Position numbers and translations under genes: made by a program
DNA from: a bacterium
GTDB lineage: Bacteria; Bacillota; Clostridia; Christensenellales; CAG-138
Reading direction: 5' to 3'
DNA: 64,000 nucleotides
NCBI GenBank assembly: GCA_022778545.1
Contig: JALFDW010000037.1
Location: 8,020-72,019 of the forward strand
In this document: piece by piece, positions 18,114-27,982 of the stretch
Layout: each line of letters begins with the position of its first letter
How positions within the stretch are numbered: position 1 is the stretch's first letter
Notes under the pieces: model-generated
Databases searched by the model: none
Seen by the model: the letters and a program-made list of their open reading frames with translations, nothing else
Told to the model about the DNA's origin: nothing

Positions 18114-18467
18114 TTATTTCTCCACGATACGCTCAACAACCTTCGCAGCCTTACCAACGCGGTTGCGCAGGTAGTACAGCTTCGCGCGGCGCACTTCGCC
18201 GTGACGAACGACCTCAATGCGGCCGATGCGGGGGCTGTTGTAGGGGAACGTACGCTCAACGCCTACGCCATAGGACATCCTGCGGACGGTGAAGGTCTTG
18301 CGGATGCCGCCGCCCTGCATTTTGATGACGACGCCCTCGAAGTTCTGAAGCCTCTCGCGCGTACCCTCGATAACCTTTACGTATACGCGGACGGTATCAC
18401 CGATCTCCAGCTTGGGGAGGTCAGTGCGCAACTGTTCTTTTTCAAGTTCCCTGATGATATCAGCCAT
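18114..18467 (-). CDS. rplS: 50S ribosomal protein L19
   Basis: [33 protein letters not shown]. Confidence 0.98.
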   Translation of the reverse strand: MADIIRELEKEQLRTDLPKLEIGDTVRVYVKVIEGTRERLQNFEGVVIKMQGGGIRKTFTVRRMSYGVGVERTFPYNSPRIGRIEVVRHGEVRRAKLYYLRNRVGKAAKVVERIVEK

Positions 18468-18489
18468 TTTCAGCTTTCTCCTTCCTCAT

Positions 18490-18570
18490 AGACGTTCTTG
18501 AAGGATGGCTCCCACATTGGACCGCCCGTTTTCCGAACGCCATTATACCATGTTCGTTTCGTGTTTGCAA
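18490..18570 (-). promoter_or_regulatory. rplS promoter and L19 leader-like hairpin
   Basis: TTGCAA-17-TATAAT (18570-18542); leader GGGCGGUCC...GAACGUCU resembles the Firmicutes L19 leader. Confidence 0.6.
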
Positions 18571-18583
18571 GGCGTTTTTTCGC

Positions 18584-19321
18584 CTAATTGTCTTGATTTT
18601 TCAGTTCCGCAAGGAAACGCCTGTCGTGTTTGTCCAACCCGCTCTCGTCGAGGTTTGCCATCAGCTCCGGCCGCCGTTCCCAGGTGAGGCGGAACGATTC
18701 CTGCCGCCGCCAGCGCGCGATATGCGCATGGTTCCCGTTGAGCAGCACCTCCGGCACAATCATACCGCGGTATTCCGCCGGGCGGGTGTACTGCGGATAT
18801 TCCAGCAGCCCCGCGCTGAAGGATTCCTCCTCCGCGGATTCGCTGCTTCCGAGCACGCCCGGAATGAAGCGGGAAATACAGTCGATGAGTACCATGGCGG
18901 GAAGCTCTCCGCCGGTGAGGACATAATCTCCGATGGAGATCTCGCAGTCCATCTGTTCCATGGCACGTTCGTCGATACCTTCATAATGGCCGCAAAGCAG
19001 GAGAATATGTTCCTCCGCAGCAAGCTCCCGTGCCATCGCCGTGGTGAGCGTCTTTCCGCGTGGTGTAAGGACGACGCGCAGCGCCGCATGATCCGGATCC
19101 ACCGCATCCAGACAGGAAAAGATGGGCTGGGGCATCATAACCATGCCCGCACCGCCGCCAAAGGGGTAATCGTCCGTGTTTTTGTGCTTGCTTTCGGAAT
19201 AATCCCGGATGTTGTGCAGGTTGAATTCCAAAATGCCCTTTTCCTGCGCCCGGCCAAGCATGCTCGCACCAAGAACGCCCGGAAACATCTCGGGGAACAG
19301 TGTCAGCACATCAATCTTCAA
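18584..19321 (-). CDS. trmD: tRNA (guanine-N1)-methyltransferase
   Basis: TLFPEMF, DDYPFGGGAGM, CGHYEGIDER, SIGDYVLTGGE, PQYTRP. Confidence 0.98.
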   Translation of the reverse strand: MKIDVLTLFPEMFPGVLGASMLGRAQEKGILEFNLHNIRDYSESKHKNTDDYPFGGGAGMVMMPQPIFSCLDAVDPDHAALRVVLTPRGKTLTTAMARELAAEEHILLLCGHYEGIDERAMEQMDCEISIGDYVLTGGELPAMVLIDCISRFIPGVLGSSESAEEESFSAGLLEYPQYTRPAEYRGMIVPEVLLNGNHAHIARWRRQESFRLTWERRPELMANLDESGLDKHDRRFLAELKNQDN

Positions 19322-19826
19322 AGAGGCCGACCTCCCTCAGCACATCCGCATGCAGCACGATGCGCTTGCTGTCCACATCCACTTCGGCAAGAAGCTTTTT
19401 CAGCGCCGGGATCAGCAGCGTCCGCTCGCCCTTGATGACATAAACATCGTTTGCGCCGGTTTCGAGCACATCCGTGAGCGTACCGTATTCCGCCCCTTCC
19501 GTATCGCATACCCGGCAGCCGATCAGATCCACCACGAAATAACGGCCGGGGGGCAGCTTCGCCGCATGGGCGCGATCCACGCAAAGGTAAACGCTGCGCA
19601 GCTTTTCCGCATCCTCCCGCGAAGTGCAGCAGGAAATGGATGCGTATACCGCATCCTCCCGCACGCCTACGCCGGAGACTGTCACGGGCTCATACTGCCC
19701 ATTGCGTTCAAGATAAGCTTCCTTGAGCGACGCATACCGCCCAAGGTCATCCGAAAGCGGCAAAAGCTTCACCGCGCCATGTATGCCGTGCGGGCGCACG
19801 ATCAGACCAACGCGCAGATATTCCAT
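19311..19826 (-). CDS. rimM: Ribosome maturation factor RimM
   Basis: PHGIHGAVK, DLIGC, TGANDVY; synteny. Confidence 0.95.
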   Translation of the reverse strand: MEYLRVGLIVRPHGIHGAVKLLPLSDDLGRYASLKEAYLERNGQYEPVTVSGVGVREDAVYASISCCTSREDAEKLRSVYLCVDRAHAAKLPPGRYFVVDLIGCRVCDTEGAEYGTLTDVLETGANDVYVIKGERTLLIPALKKLLAEVDVDSKRIVLHADVLREVGLFED

Positions 19827-20053
19827 CAGACGATCTCTACGATGTATTTCTTATCTTCGCGGATGGAGGCGGCCTTCACAACGGTGCGGATCGCCTTTGC
19901 GATACGGCCCTGCTTGCCGATGACCTTACCCATGTCGTCAGGCGCAACGGTCAGCTCGATGATCGTGGCACGGTCGCCCTCTTTTTCCACGACCTTCACT
20001 TCTTCCGGCTTATCCACGAGATTCATTGCGATGTATTTGACGAGATCTCCCAT
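19826..20053 (-). CDS. khpA: KH-domain RNA-binding protein KhpA
   Basis: DMGKVIGKQGRIAKAIRTVV; AAGGAGG SD before MGDLVK. Confidence 0.93.
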   Translation of the reverse strand: MGDLVKYIAMNLVDKPEEVKVVEKEGDRATIIELTVAPDDMGKVIGKQGRIAKAIRTVVKAASIREDKKYIVEIV

Positions 20054-20088
20054 GGCTTGCCTCCTTGCTGGATTTTCTTCCGAATTTG

Positions 20089-20331
20089 TCACTGGATCGC
20101 CCCAGACTTCTTGAGCAGCGCGCGAACGGTGTCGGTAGGCTGTGCGCCGTTCTTGATCCACTGCTGGGCCTTCTCGTTATCGACCTTGATCTCAGCGGGG
20201 TCGGTCAGCGGGTTGTAGTAACCAAGCTCTTCCACGAATGCGCCATCACGGGGAGCGCGGGAATCCGCGACCACGATGCGGTAAAACGGAGCCTTCTTGG
20301 CGCCCATCCTGCGAAGCCTGATCTTAAGCAT
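20089..20331 (-). CDS. rpsP: 30S ribosomal protein S16
   Basis: [30 protein letters not shown]. Confidence 0.98.
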   Translation of the reverse strand: MLKIRLRRMGAKKAPFYRIVVADSRAPRDGAFVEELGYYNPLTDPAEIKVDNEKAQQWIKNGAQPTDTVRALLKKSGAIQ

Positions 20332-20410
20332 AGTTGTTGTTCCTCCTGAAAGTACAATAATGTTTGTTTTATCGAAAACGGGAAACCGTTGTTCGCGTTG
20401 CTGTTCCGGC

Positions 20411-21757
20411 TCAGAAGCCGAACGGGAAGCGTTTCTTCCCTTTTTTGAACCTGCCGCCCTTGCCCATGTTCGTGAGCTGCTTCATCATTTTGCGCGAAGC
20501 CTCATACTGGTTGAGCAGGCGGTTCACCTCCTGAATGGAAGTTCCGCTGCCGCGCGCGATGCGTTTTCTGCGGCTGGCGTTTAAGATATCCGGCCGGCGG
20601 CGTTCCTGGGGCGTCATCGCACGGATGATCGCCTGCGTGCGCGCCATCTGCTTTTCGTCGATCTCGACGTTGCCGAGCTTGCTCGCATCCATGCCGGGGA
20701 TCATGCCGAGGATATCCTGCATGGAGCCCATGTTTTTCATCTGCTCGAACTGGTCGAGGTAATCCTCCAGCGTGAATTCAGCCTTGCGGAGCTTCGCTTC
20801 AAGCTCCACAGCCTTTTTTTCATCGAAGGCGGTCTGCGCCTTCTCGATGAGAGTGAGCACGTCGCCCATGCCGAGGATGCGCGAAGCCATGCGGTCCGGG
20901 TGGAAGGGTTCGATATCCGTGAGCTTTTCGCCCGTGCCGGAGAACTTGATGGGCTTGCCCGTTACGGCCTTGACGGAAAGCGCCGCGCCGCCGCGGGTGT
21001 CGCCATCGAGCTTGGTGACGATCACGCCCGTAAGCTCCAGAGTATCGTTGAAGGCCTTTGCCACGTTCACCGCGTCCTGACCGGTCATCGCGTCAATCAC
21101 GAGCAGGATCTCACTTGGGTTTACCGCTTTCCGCACGGCGGCGATCTCCGCCATCATGTCCCCGTCGATATGCAGGCGGCCCGCCGTATCGATGATGACA
21201 AGGTCCTTTAAGTTTCGCCGGGCGTGTTCGATGCCGAGCTTTGCCGTTTCCACAGGGTCGCTCTGCCCGCGCTCGAATACCGGCACACCGGCCTTTTCGC
21301 CTACGACCTGCAGCTGTTTGATGGCTGCGGGGCGGTAAATATCGCATGCCACAAGGAGCGGGGATTTGCCATACTGCTTGGAAAGATACGCCGCAAGCTT
21401 GCCCGCCATCGTGGTCTTACCTGCGCCCTGCAAACCCGCGAGCAGGATGACCGCAGGCGTCGTTGAGCCAAACTCGACCTTTGCGTTCGTGCCGCCCATG
21501 AGCTTTGTCATCTCTTCGTTGACGATCTTGATGACCTGCTGGCCGGGCGTGAGGCTTTCAAGCACCTCCGCACCCACAGCGCGTTCCGTCACGGCGTTCA
21601 CAAAGCTTTTGACGACGGTGAAATTCACGTCCGCCTCAAGCAGCGCGAGCTTCACCTCGCGCATGGCTTCTTTTACGTCCTTCTCACTCAGCTTTCCCTT
21701 TCCGGAAAGCTTCTTGAACACGTTCTGCAGTTTGGAAGAAAGCCCTTCAAACGCCAT
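20411..21757 (-). CDS. ffh: Signal recognition particle protein
   Basis: [21 protein letters not shown] domain ([11 protein letters not shown]). Confidence 0.98.
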   Translation of the reverse strand: MAFEGLSSKLQNVFKKLSGKGKLSEKDVKEAMREVKLALLEADVNFTVVKSFVNAVTERAVGAEVLESLTPGQQVIKIVNEEMTKLMGGTNAKVEFGSTTPAVILLAGLQGAGKTTMAGKLAAYLSKQYGKSPLLVACDIYRPAAIKQLQVVGEKAGVPVFERGQSDPVETAKLGIEHARRNLKDLVIIDTAGRLHIDGDMMAEIAAVRKAVNPSEILLVIDAMTGQDAVNVAKAFNDTLELTGVIVTKLDGDTRGGAALSVKAVTGKPIKFSGTGEKLTDIEPFHPDRMASRILGMGDVLTLIEKAQTAFDEKKAVELEAKLRKAEFTLEDYLDQFEQMKNMGSMQDILGMIPGMDASKLGNVEIDEKQMARTQAIIRAMTPQERRRPDILNASRRKRIARGSGTSIQEVNRLLNQYEASRKMMKQLTNMGKGGRFKKGKKRFPFGF

Positions 21758-21759
21758 TG

Positions 21760-22104
21760 CTATTCCTCGATCATGTCGTAAAGTTCTTCTGCTTTTGCAG
21801 AGAGCGCCGCTTTCCCGGGCGTGCCGGCCGGCAGTTTCTCCGCAAGGTTTCTGAGCTCATCCACAGCCTGTAAAAGCGCAGCATCCCGCCTCATGAAGCC
21901 GAGCTTCTGCTCCAGCTCATAAAGCTGATCCTCCCCGCGCTTGAGCGCATCCCGCACGCCCTGGCGGGAGATCCCTTCCCGCTCCGCGATCTCGGCAAGG
22001 GAGCAATCCTCCAGCACATGCTGCTCTAAAAGCGCACGCTGGCGCTCCGTCAGCAACGCGCCGTAATAGCCCAACAGGCAGCCAAGTTCAACGTGTTTTT
22101 CCAT
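21760..22104 (-). CDS. ylxM: YlxM (UPF0122) HTH protein
   Basis: YGALLTERQR, SLAEIAE, ISRQGVRD; immediately upstream of ffh. Confidence 0.92.
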   Translation of the reverse strand: MEKHVELGCLLGYYGALLTERQRALLEQHVLEDCSLAEIAEREGISRQGVRDALKRGEDQLYELEQKLGFMRRDAALLQAVDELRNLAEKLPAGTPGKAALSAKAEELYDMIEE

Positions 22105-22118
22105 GGTGTGCGCTCCGC

Positions 22119-22176
22119 TGTAAAGGTCTTTGGCTTTACACCTATGTCATTATACCGAAACAGGCCAAAAAGTCAA
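22119..22176 (-). promoter_or_regulatory. ylxM-ffh promoter with downstream palindrome
   Basis: TTGACT-16-TATAAT (22176-22149); TGTAAAG-N8-CTTTACA at 22119-22140. Confidence 0.65.
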
Positions 22177-22694
22177 GCCTTTTTCTTCTTTTTCGCAGCG
22201 TTCGCGCCTTTTTTCGGCGCGCGGGCCCGTTCCTTCGCGCGGAGCTGCCGCACCGCGCCATATGTGTTATAGCAGTGCGCAAACGCAAAGATCACTGCAA
22301 AAAGCGACAGCGCCGCGTTGAGGCACAGCCCGCCCGTAAGCAGGAACACCACGCTCGGCAGGATCGCCATGGGCATCCGCGTCCAAAGCGCAAACCGGCG
22401 GCCGTTCATGAAGTACCAGACCCACATGCCCCAATATCCGGCAATGCAGACAGCCACGCCGAAGAGCCAGATCACAAAGCTCACATCGCTGTGGAATCCG
22501 AACTGGAACGGCCCGATGTTCAGGCACATCAGCAGGATGCAGCCCATGCGGCCAAGCTGTTCCAGCCAGCCGAGAAACGGTTTGGGCGGCTCTGCCGTTT
22601 CCGGGTTCACAGGCTTAAAAAACACATACAGCAAATTTGGCAGCAGCAATGCCGCTAGCGTCACCGCGCTCCAAAGGGAAATTTCAACCGTCAT
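22173..22694 (-). CDS. Hypothetical multi-pass membrane protein
   Basis: About 5 hydrophobic segments, Lys-rich tail; ATGA overlap with upstream gene. Confidence 0.75.
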   Translation of the reverse strand: MTVEISLWSAVTLAALLLPNLLYVFFKPVNPETAEPPKPFLGWLEQLGRMGCILLMCLNIGPFQFGFHSDVSFVIWLFGVAVCIAGYWGMWVWYFMNGRRFALWTRMPMAILPSVVFLLTGGLCLNAALSLFAVIFAFAHCYNTYGAVRQLRAKERARAPKKGANAAKKKKKA

Positions 22695-23257
22695 TTCATT
22701 CGCTCCGTTTCTTCAAACAGTTCCGGGAAATGCGCCCGGTAGAACTTTGACAGAGGATGCTCCGGGCGCTCGCACAGCCCCTCTGCCTCCATGTCCTCGC
22801 GGATCATGCGTGCGACGCTCGGCAGGCGGCCCAGCGTCCGCATTTCGTCGTAAAGGAAGATGCGCAGCTTCCCTTCCCCGGCCCGCGCGCGGAAATATTC
22901 CGCCGCATCCGGAATGCGGGTGCAGCGGCTGACCGGCACGGGCGCCGCGCTCACCAATACATGCGGAATCTGCGTTGGGTTGAAAGCGCCCGGCACGTTG
23001 TCACATTCATACAAAAAGCCCTCGCGTCCGCCGTAAAGCTGTTCAAACTGGCCTTCGTAATATTCCTCGTAGATCAGCCGTCCTTCCCGGTCAAACCCAT
23101 AAGGGAAGAACGCATGCGGCGCAGGCAGAGGATTGAACACATACATTGCCGCAATTACCGGGTTTGTGCTGAAATAAACATAAGCCTTTCCATGTTGGGA
23201 AAAGCTCGGTTGAAGCATCCCGATCCCGCCCTGCGGGCTGCCGTGGTAAAGGGTCAT
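22691..23257 (-). CDS. Hypothetical protein, probable ADP-ribosyltransferase-like fold
   Basis: GGAGG SD, MTLYHGS start, YVYFSTNPVIAAMY, GFLYEC, VLVSAAPVPV. Confidence 0.7.
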   Translation of the reverse strand: MTLYHGSPQGGIGMLQPSFSQHGKAYVYFSTNPVIAAMYVFNPLPAPHAFFPYGFDREGRLIYEEYYEGQFEQLYGGREGFLYECDNVPGAFNPTQIPHVLVSAAPVPVSRCTRIPDAAEYFRARAGEGKLRIFLYDEMRTLGRLPSVARMIREDMEAEGLCERPEHPLSKFYRAHFPELFEETERMK

Positions 23258-23455
23258 TATACGCACCTCCAAGCACTCATTTCAACAGCTTCGGCAGCAC
23301 TTGTGCTCGCATTTCTCTCACACCAGGCTCCCGATTTTTTATCCGAGCTGCCGTCCGCTGCGCTCAACACAGGATTTACGCTCATTATGCGTTCCTACTA
23401 TGGCACAAGGGCGCCTCTGTTCACCGAGTAGAACAAAAAACGTCCTCCGGCTGCC

Positions 23456-24367
23456 TTACGCGCCAATCAACGCCCGGGCAAAGGCATCCGCATCGAAGGG
23501 CTGTAGGTCGTCAATGCCTTCCCCCACGCCCACAAAGCGCACCGGAAGCCCAAGCTCCTGCTTGATGGCGACCGTCATCCCGCCTTTTGCGGTGCCGTCG
23601 AGCTTCGTGAGAACAACGCCCGTAAGCCCGGCGGATTCTCCGAATACGCGCGCCTGCGCGATGGCGTTCTGCCCCGTGGTCGCATCGAGCACAAGGAGCA
23701 CCTCCGTATGCACGCCGGGAAGCTCCCGGGCGATTACGCGGCGGATCTTCTCAAGCTCGCTCATCAGGTTTTTCTTGTTATGCAGGCGGCCTGCTGTGTC
23801 ACACAGAAGTAAGTCGCAGCCCTTCGCCCGGAAGGAAGCGATCGCATCGAACACCACAGCGGCCGGGTCCGCCCCCTCGCCGTGCTTCACGATCGGCACG
23901 CCTGCGCGCTCCGCCCAAACGGTCAGCTGCTCTGCCGCGGCCGCGCGGAATGTGTCCGCCGCAGCCATCATGGGCTTGCGCCCCTCGGATTTATAATACG
24001 CAGCCATCTTGCCGATGGAGGTCGTTTTTCCTACGCCGTTCACGCCTACGATCAGGATCACGGCAGGTTCTCCCTCCGGAAGGAACGCCCGCTCCGGCCG
24101 CATGCTTTCGGCAAGGATGCCAGCAAGCGCTTCCCGCGCTTCGGTCCTGGTCTTCAGCTTCTGCTCGGAAACGGTTTCCTGCAGCCTTTCGAGAAGCTTT
24201 TCCGATGTGGCCATCCCCATATCGGCCACGATCATCGCCTCTTCCAGCTCATCGTAAAACGCAGCGTCGATCCGTTCATCCCCCGCGAACAGGCTTGCGA
24301 ACATGCCGCCGCCCGTTCTCGAAAGGCCCTGCTTCAGTTTTTCAAAAAAGCCCTGCTTTTTTTCCAT
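23456..24367 (-). CDS. ftsY: SRP receptor FtsY
   Basis: GVNGVGKTT, DTFRAAA, DTAGRL, TKLDGTAKGG. Confidence 0.98.
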   Translation of the reverse strand: MEKKQGFFEKLKQGLSRTGGGMFASLFAGDERIDAAFYDELEEAMIVADMGMATSEKLLERLQETVSEQKLKTRTEAREALAGILAESMRPERAFLPEGEPAVILIVGVNGVGKTTSIGKMAAYYKSEGRKPMMAAADTFRAAAAEQLTVWAERAGVPIVKHGEGADPAAVVFDAIASFRAKGCDLLLCDTAGRLHNKKNLMSELEKIRRVIARELPGVHTEVLLVLDATTGQNAIAQARVFGESAGLTGVVLTKLDGTAKGGMTVAIKQELGLPVRFVGVGEGIDDLQPFDADAFARALIGA

Positions 24368-24393
24368 GATCGTCCCTCTCTTTCCCGCACCCG

Positions 24394-27300
24394 CTACGCG
24401 ATCTCGTTGAACCGCGCGGATACGATCTTCGATATGCCCCGCTCCTCCATCGCCACGCCGTAGAGCGCATTGCAGACTTCCATGCTGCCCTTGCGGTGCG
24501 TGATGAGGATGAACTGCGTGTCCCCGGAATAGCGCTTCACATACTCCGCAAAATTGGAAACGTTGACCTCGTCGAGCGACGTTTCGATCTCATCCAGAAT
24601 ACAGAACGCCGTGGGCTTGAGCTTGAGCATCGCGAACAGCAGCGCAATGGCCGTAAGCGCGCGCTCACCGCCCGAGAGCAGCGAAAGCAGCTGCAATTTC
24701 TTTCCCGGTGGCTGCGCGATGATGTCGATGTCGCAGTTGAGGATGTCGTTTTTGTCGGAAAGGATCAGCTCCGCCTTGCCTCCGCCAAACAGTTCCGTAA
24801 ACGTGGTGGCGAAGTTTTCCCCAATGCGTTCAAACTGCCTGCGGAACTCCGTTTCCATCGTCGCCACAAGCTCCGCGATAAGCTTCTGCAGATCCGCCTC
24901 CGCCTGGGTCAAGTCACTGCACTGTGCGTTCAGGCTTTCATAGCGCTCCTTGACGTTTTTGTAATCCTCGATCGCGCTCACGTTTACATCGCCCAGCGCG
25001 CGGATGGCCTTTTTGAGCTCATCCACCCGCACATGCGAGGCCGTAATGGCGATCTGCCTGCGGAAGGGCTGCGCGTTTTCATACGTCAGCTCATATTCTT
25101 CCCAGATGCGGTCCTGCATCGTCGTAAGTTCCATCTGCGCGCGGCTCTGGTTCAGTTCGGCCCTGTGCCGGCGCTCCCGCATGTCGCCAAGTTCCGCCGC
25201 GATGGTTTCCCGCCGCGCGCGCAGCTCGTCGAGCGCCTGCAGATGCTTTGCGCGCTCGTTTTCCATCGCATGCAGGCGGTCGGTATGCGCATCCACCTCT
25301 TTGCGCTCCGCGCTGATGTCCACATCGATCGCGGCAAGTTCCTGCTGCATCCGGGTAAACTTTGCAAGCGACTCTTCCACCGCACTCTTATCCGCCTCCA
25401 CGGAAGCGGAAAGCCCGGCAAGCTCACGCTGCATGCGCGCGCGTTCGTTCTCGGCAGCTGCCTGCTCCTTTTCAAGCGCCATGAGCGCCACGCGCTTCTC
25501 GGTCGCACGCTCGTTTTCCGCAGCATGCCCCGCGCGCAGAGCGGCCAGCATCTCCTGCGTCTTTTTGATGTCCTCCTGCGTGGCGAAATTGCCTTCTTCC
25601 AGCCCCTCGCGATCCGCCTCGGCAGCACGGCGCTGTTCATCGATGTTTTCTATATTATCGTGGATCTGCGCCCGTTCAAGCGCCGCTTCTTCCAGCTCCT
25701 CATGCGCATCGTCCACATATTTGCGGATGATATCCAGCTTTTCCTTCTGCGTCGCAAGTTCCACATCCTTTTTATGAAGCGCTTCGGCAGCCGCTTCCAC
25801 CGCAGCGTTTGCGCTGCCGAGCGAAGCCTCCGCCTCCTCTGCCTCAGCAGTGCGGCCGGCAAGCCCTTCCGCAAGGGAAACCATGCGTTTTTTCAGTTCC
25901 TCGATCTCACGCTCGCGGCCGATCAGGCTGAATTCCCGCTTCTGCACGCTGCCGCCCGTCATCGAACCGCCGGGGTTGATGATGTCGCCTTTCACCGTAG
26001 CAATGCGGAACGCGCCGCGCGCGCGCTTGTTGATGGCGATGCCCGCGTCAAGGTCCCGCACGATCACCGTGCGGCCAAGCAGGTTTTCGATCACGCCCTT
26101 GTATTTCGCGTCAAAGCCCACAAGCTCGGATGCCACGCCGAAAAAGCCGTCCACACGGCAGGTTTCCCGTTCCCCTGCATCCAGCGTGCGCGGGCGCATG
26201 GCGGAGATCGGGAGCAGCGTTGCGCGGCCGTATTCCTTGCGGCGCAGGTATTCGATCACATACTTTGCGTCCTGTTCAGTAGGCGTAACGATGTTCTGCA
26301 GCGCGGCACCAAGCGCCATCTCCACTGCGGTTTCATATTCCTTCGGCACGCGGATCAGCTCTGCTACGACGCCTTCGATGCGCTTCTTCAGTTCAGGGTC
26401 GCGCCCGCTGTCCCGGAGCACGTTGCGCACGCTCGTATAGTAGCCCTCATGCGCGCGCTTCATTTCCTCAAGCACTTTCAGGCGGGATCGTCCCGCCTCA
26501 GCCTGCTGCTCCATCGTGCGCACCGCCTCGCGCGCCGCGCGCAGCCGTTCGTTCGTTTCGTTCACTCCCGCGATAGCTGCCGCACGCTGCTTTTCCGCTT
26601 CCTGCCGCGCTGCGCGCACATTGTTATACTGCTTCTCCGCCTCCGCATATTCCGCATCGAGCTTTGCAGCCTTTTCGCGGAGCGCAGCCTCTTCTTCATC
26701 GATGGCAGTAAGGCGTTCCTCCAGCGTGCCGCGGATGGCCTCGTAGCGGGAAAGCATGCTCTTTGCATCCGAAATGCGGTTCATCGCCTCGATCATCTCG
26801 CGCTTCTGCCGTTCGAGCAATGCTTCCTTTTCTTCGATGTCCGCGGCCATTTCCGCGAGTTTCCGGCTCTGCGCTTCAAAGGCTTCCCGTTCCGCAATCT
26901 GCCTGTCCGCATTGCCGGAAAGTTCGCCATCGCGCGCGGCAAGGCTTTCCGAAAGCTCCCGGCTCCGCGCCTCGCTCTCCGCAATGTGCGCCTGCAAACG
27001 CTCGCGCTCCTGCAGAAGGTTCTCCATGCGCTCCTGAAACACGCGGGATTCGCCCGTCTTCGCTTCCACGCCGGAAGAGAGTGCAAGCAGCTTGTTCTGC
27101 AGCTCGCTGATCGCATCCGCCAGTGCGCGCTCGCGTTCTTCCTCCGCCGCGCAATCCGCACCGAGGCTGCCCTCGAGCGCCGCATTCTTCTCGATCTCGC
27201 CGGAAAGCTGTGCAAGCGTATCCGCAAGGCTCAGCAGCCGCTCGTTGAGCTTATCGTACTGATACAGGAATACGTTGATCTCGATCTCCTTCAGTTCATC

Positions 27301-27957
27301 CCGGAGGCGCAGATACTCGCGTGCCGCCGCGCTCTGCTCCTCGAGCGGCCCCACCTGGCTGCCGAGCTCTTCGAGAATGTCGTTCAGGCGCTGAAGGTTT
27401 TTCCTTGTGCTTTCCAGCTTGCGCTCGGCATCTTCCTTGCGCACGCGGTATTTCATCACGCCCGCTGCCTCTTCAAAGGCGTTGCGGCGCTCGCTGGACT
27501 TGTTGGAAAGGATTTCTTCCACGCGGCCCTGCCCGATGATGGAATAGCCTTCCTTGCCGATGCCCGTATCCCGGAACACCTCGCTGATGTCCTTCAGGCG
27601 GCAGGCGGTACGGTTCAGAAGGTATTCGCTCTCGCCGGAGCGGTAAACGCGCCGCGTCACGGTAACCTCGGTAAAATCCGTGTTCAGCTTGCCGTCCGTG
27701 TTGTCAAACGTCAGCGAGACTTCACAATAGGCAAGCGGCTTTTTCTGTTCCGTGCCGTTGAAGATGACGTCCTCCATCTTCGCTCCGCGCAGAGCACGGG
27801 CGCTCTGCTCGCCCAGCACCCAGCGCACAGCATCCGCAATGTTGCTTTTTCCGCTGCCATTGGGGCCGACGATCGCCGTGACGCCCTTTTCAAATTCAAT
27901 CTCTGTCTTCCGGGCAAAGGATTTGAACCCGTTTATCTCAAGTTTTATCAGTCTCAA
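24394..27957 (-). CDS. smc: Chromosome segregation protein SMC
   Basis: GFKSF, GPNGSGKSN, coiled coils, hinge (GRAT), LSGGE, LDEIE. Confidence 0.98.
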   Translation of the reverse strand: MRLIKLEINGFKSFARKTEIEFEKGVTAIVGPNGSGKSNIADAVRWVLGEQSARALRGAKMEDVIFNGTEQKKPLAYCEVSLTFDNTDGKLNTDFTEVTVTRRVYRSGESEYLLNRTACRLKDISEVFRDTGIGKEGYSIIGQGRVEEILSNKSSERRNAFEEAAGVMKYRVRKEDAERKLESTRKNLQRLNDILEELGSQVGPLEEQSAAAREYLRLRDELKEIEINVFLYQYDKLNERLLSLADTLAQLSGEIEKNAALEGSLGADCAAEEERERALADAISELQNKLLALSSGVEAKTGESRVFQERMENLLQERERLQAHIAESEARSRELSESLAARDGELSGNADRQIAEREAFEAQSRKLAEMAADIEEKEALLERQKREMIEAMNRISDAKSMLSRYEAIRGTLEERLTAIDEEEAALREKAAKLDAEYAEAEKQYNNVRAARQEAEKQRAAAIAGVNETNERLRAAREAVRTMEQQAEAGRSRLKVLEEMKRAHEGYYTSVRNVLRDSGRDPELKKRIEGVVAELIRVPKEYETAVEMALGAALQNIVTPTEQDAKYVIEYLRRKEYGRATLLPISAMRPRTLDAGERETCRVDGFFGVASELVGFDAKYKGVIENLLGRTVIVRDLDAGIAINKRARGAFRIATVKGDIINPGGSMTGGSVQKREFSLIGREREIEELKKRMVSLAEGLAGRTAEAEEAEASLGSANAAVEAAAEALHKKDVELATQKEKLDIIRKYVDDAHEELEEAALERAQIHDNIENIDEQRRAAEADREGLEEGNFATQEDIKKTQEMLAALRAGHAAENERATEKRVALMALEKEQAAAENERARMQRELAGLSASVEADKSAVEESLAKFTRMQQELAAIDVDISAERKEVDAHTDRLHAMENERAKHLQALDELRARRETIAAELGDMRERRHRAELNQSRAQMELTTMQDRIWEEYELTYENAQPFRRQIAITASHVRVDELKKAIRALGDVNVSAIEDYKNVKERYESLNAQCSDLTQAEADLQKLIAELVATMETEFRRQFERIGENFATTFTELFGGGKAELILSDKNDILNCDIDIIAQPPGKKLQLLSLLSGGERALTAIALLFAMLKLKPTAFCILDEIETSLDEVNVSNFAEYVKRYSGDTQFILITHRKGSMEVCNALYGVAMEERGISKIVSARFNEIA

Positions 27958-27982
27958 TCGTGTATACCAAACCTTCTCCGTT

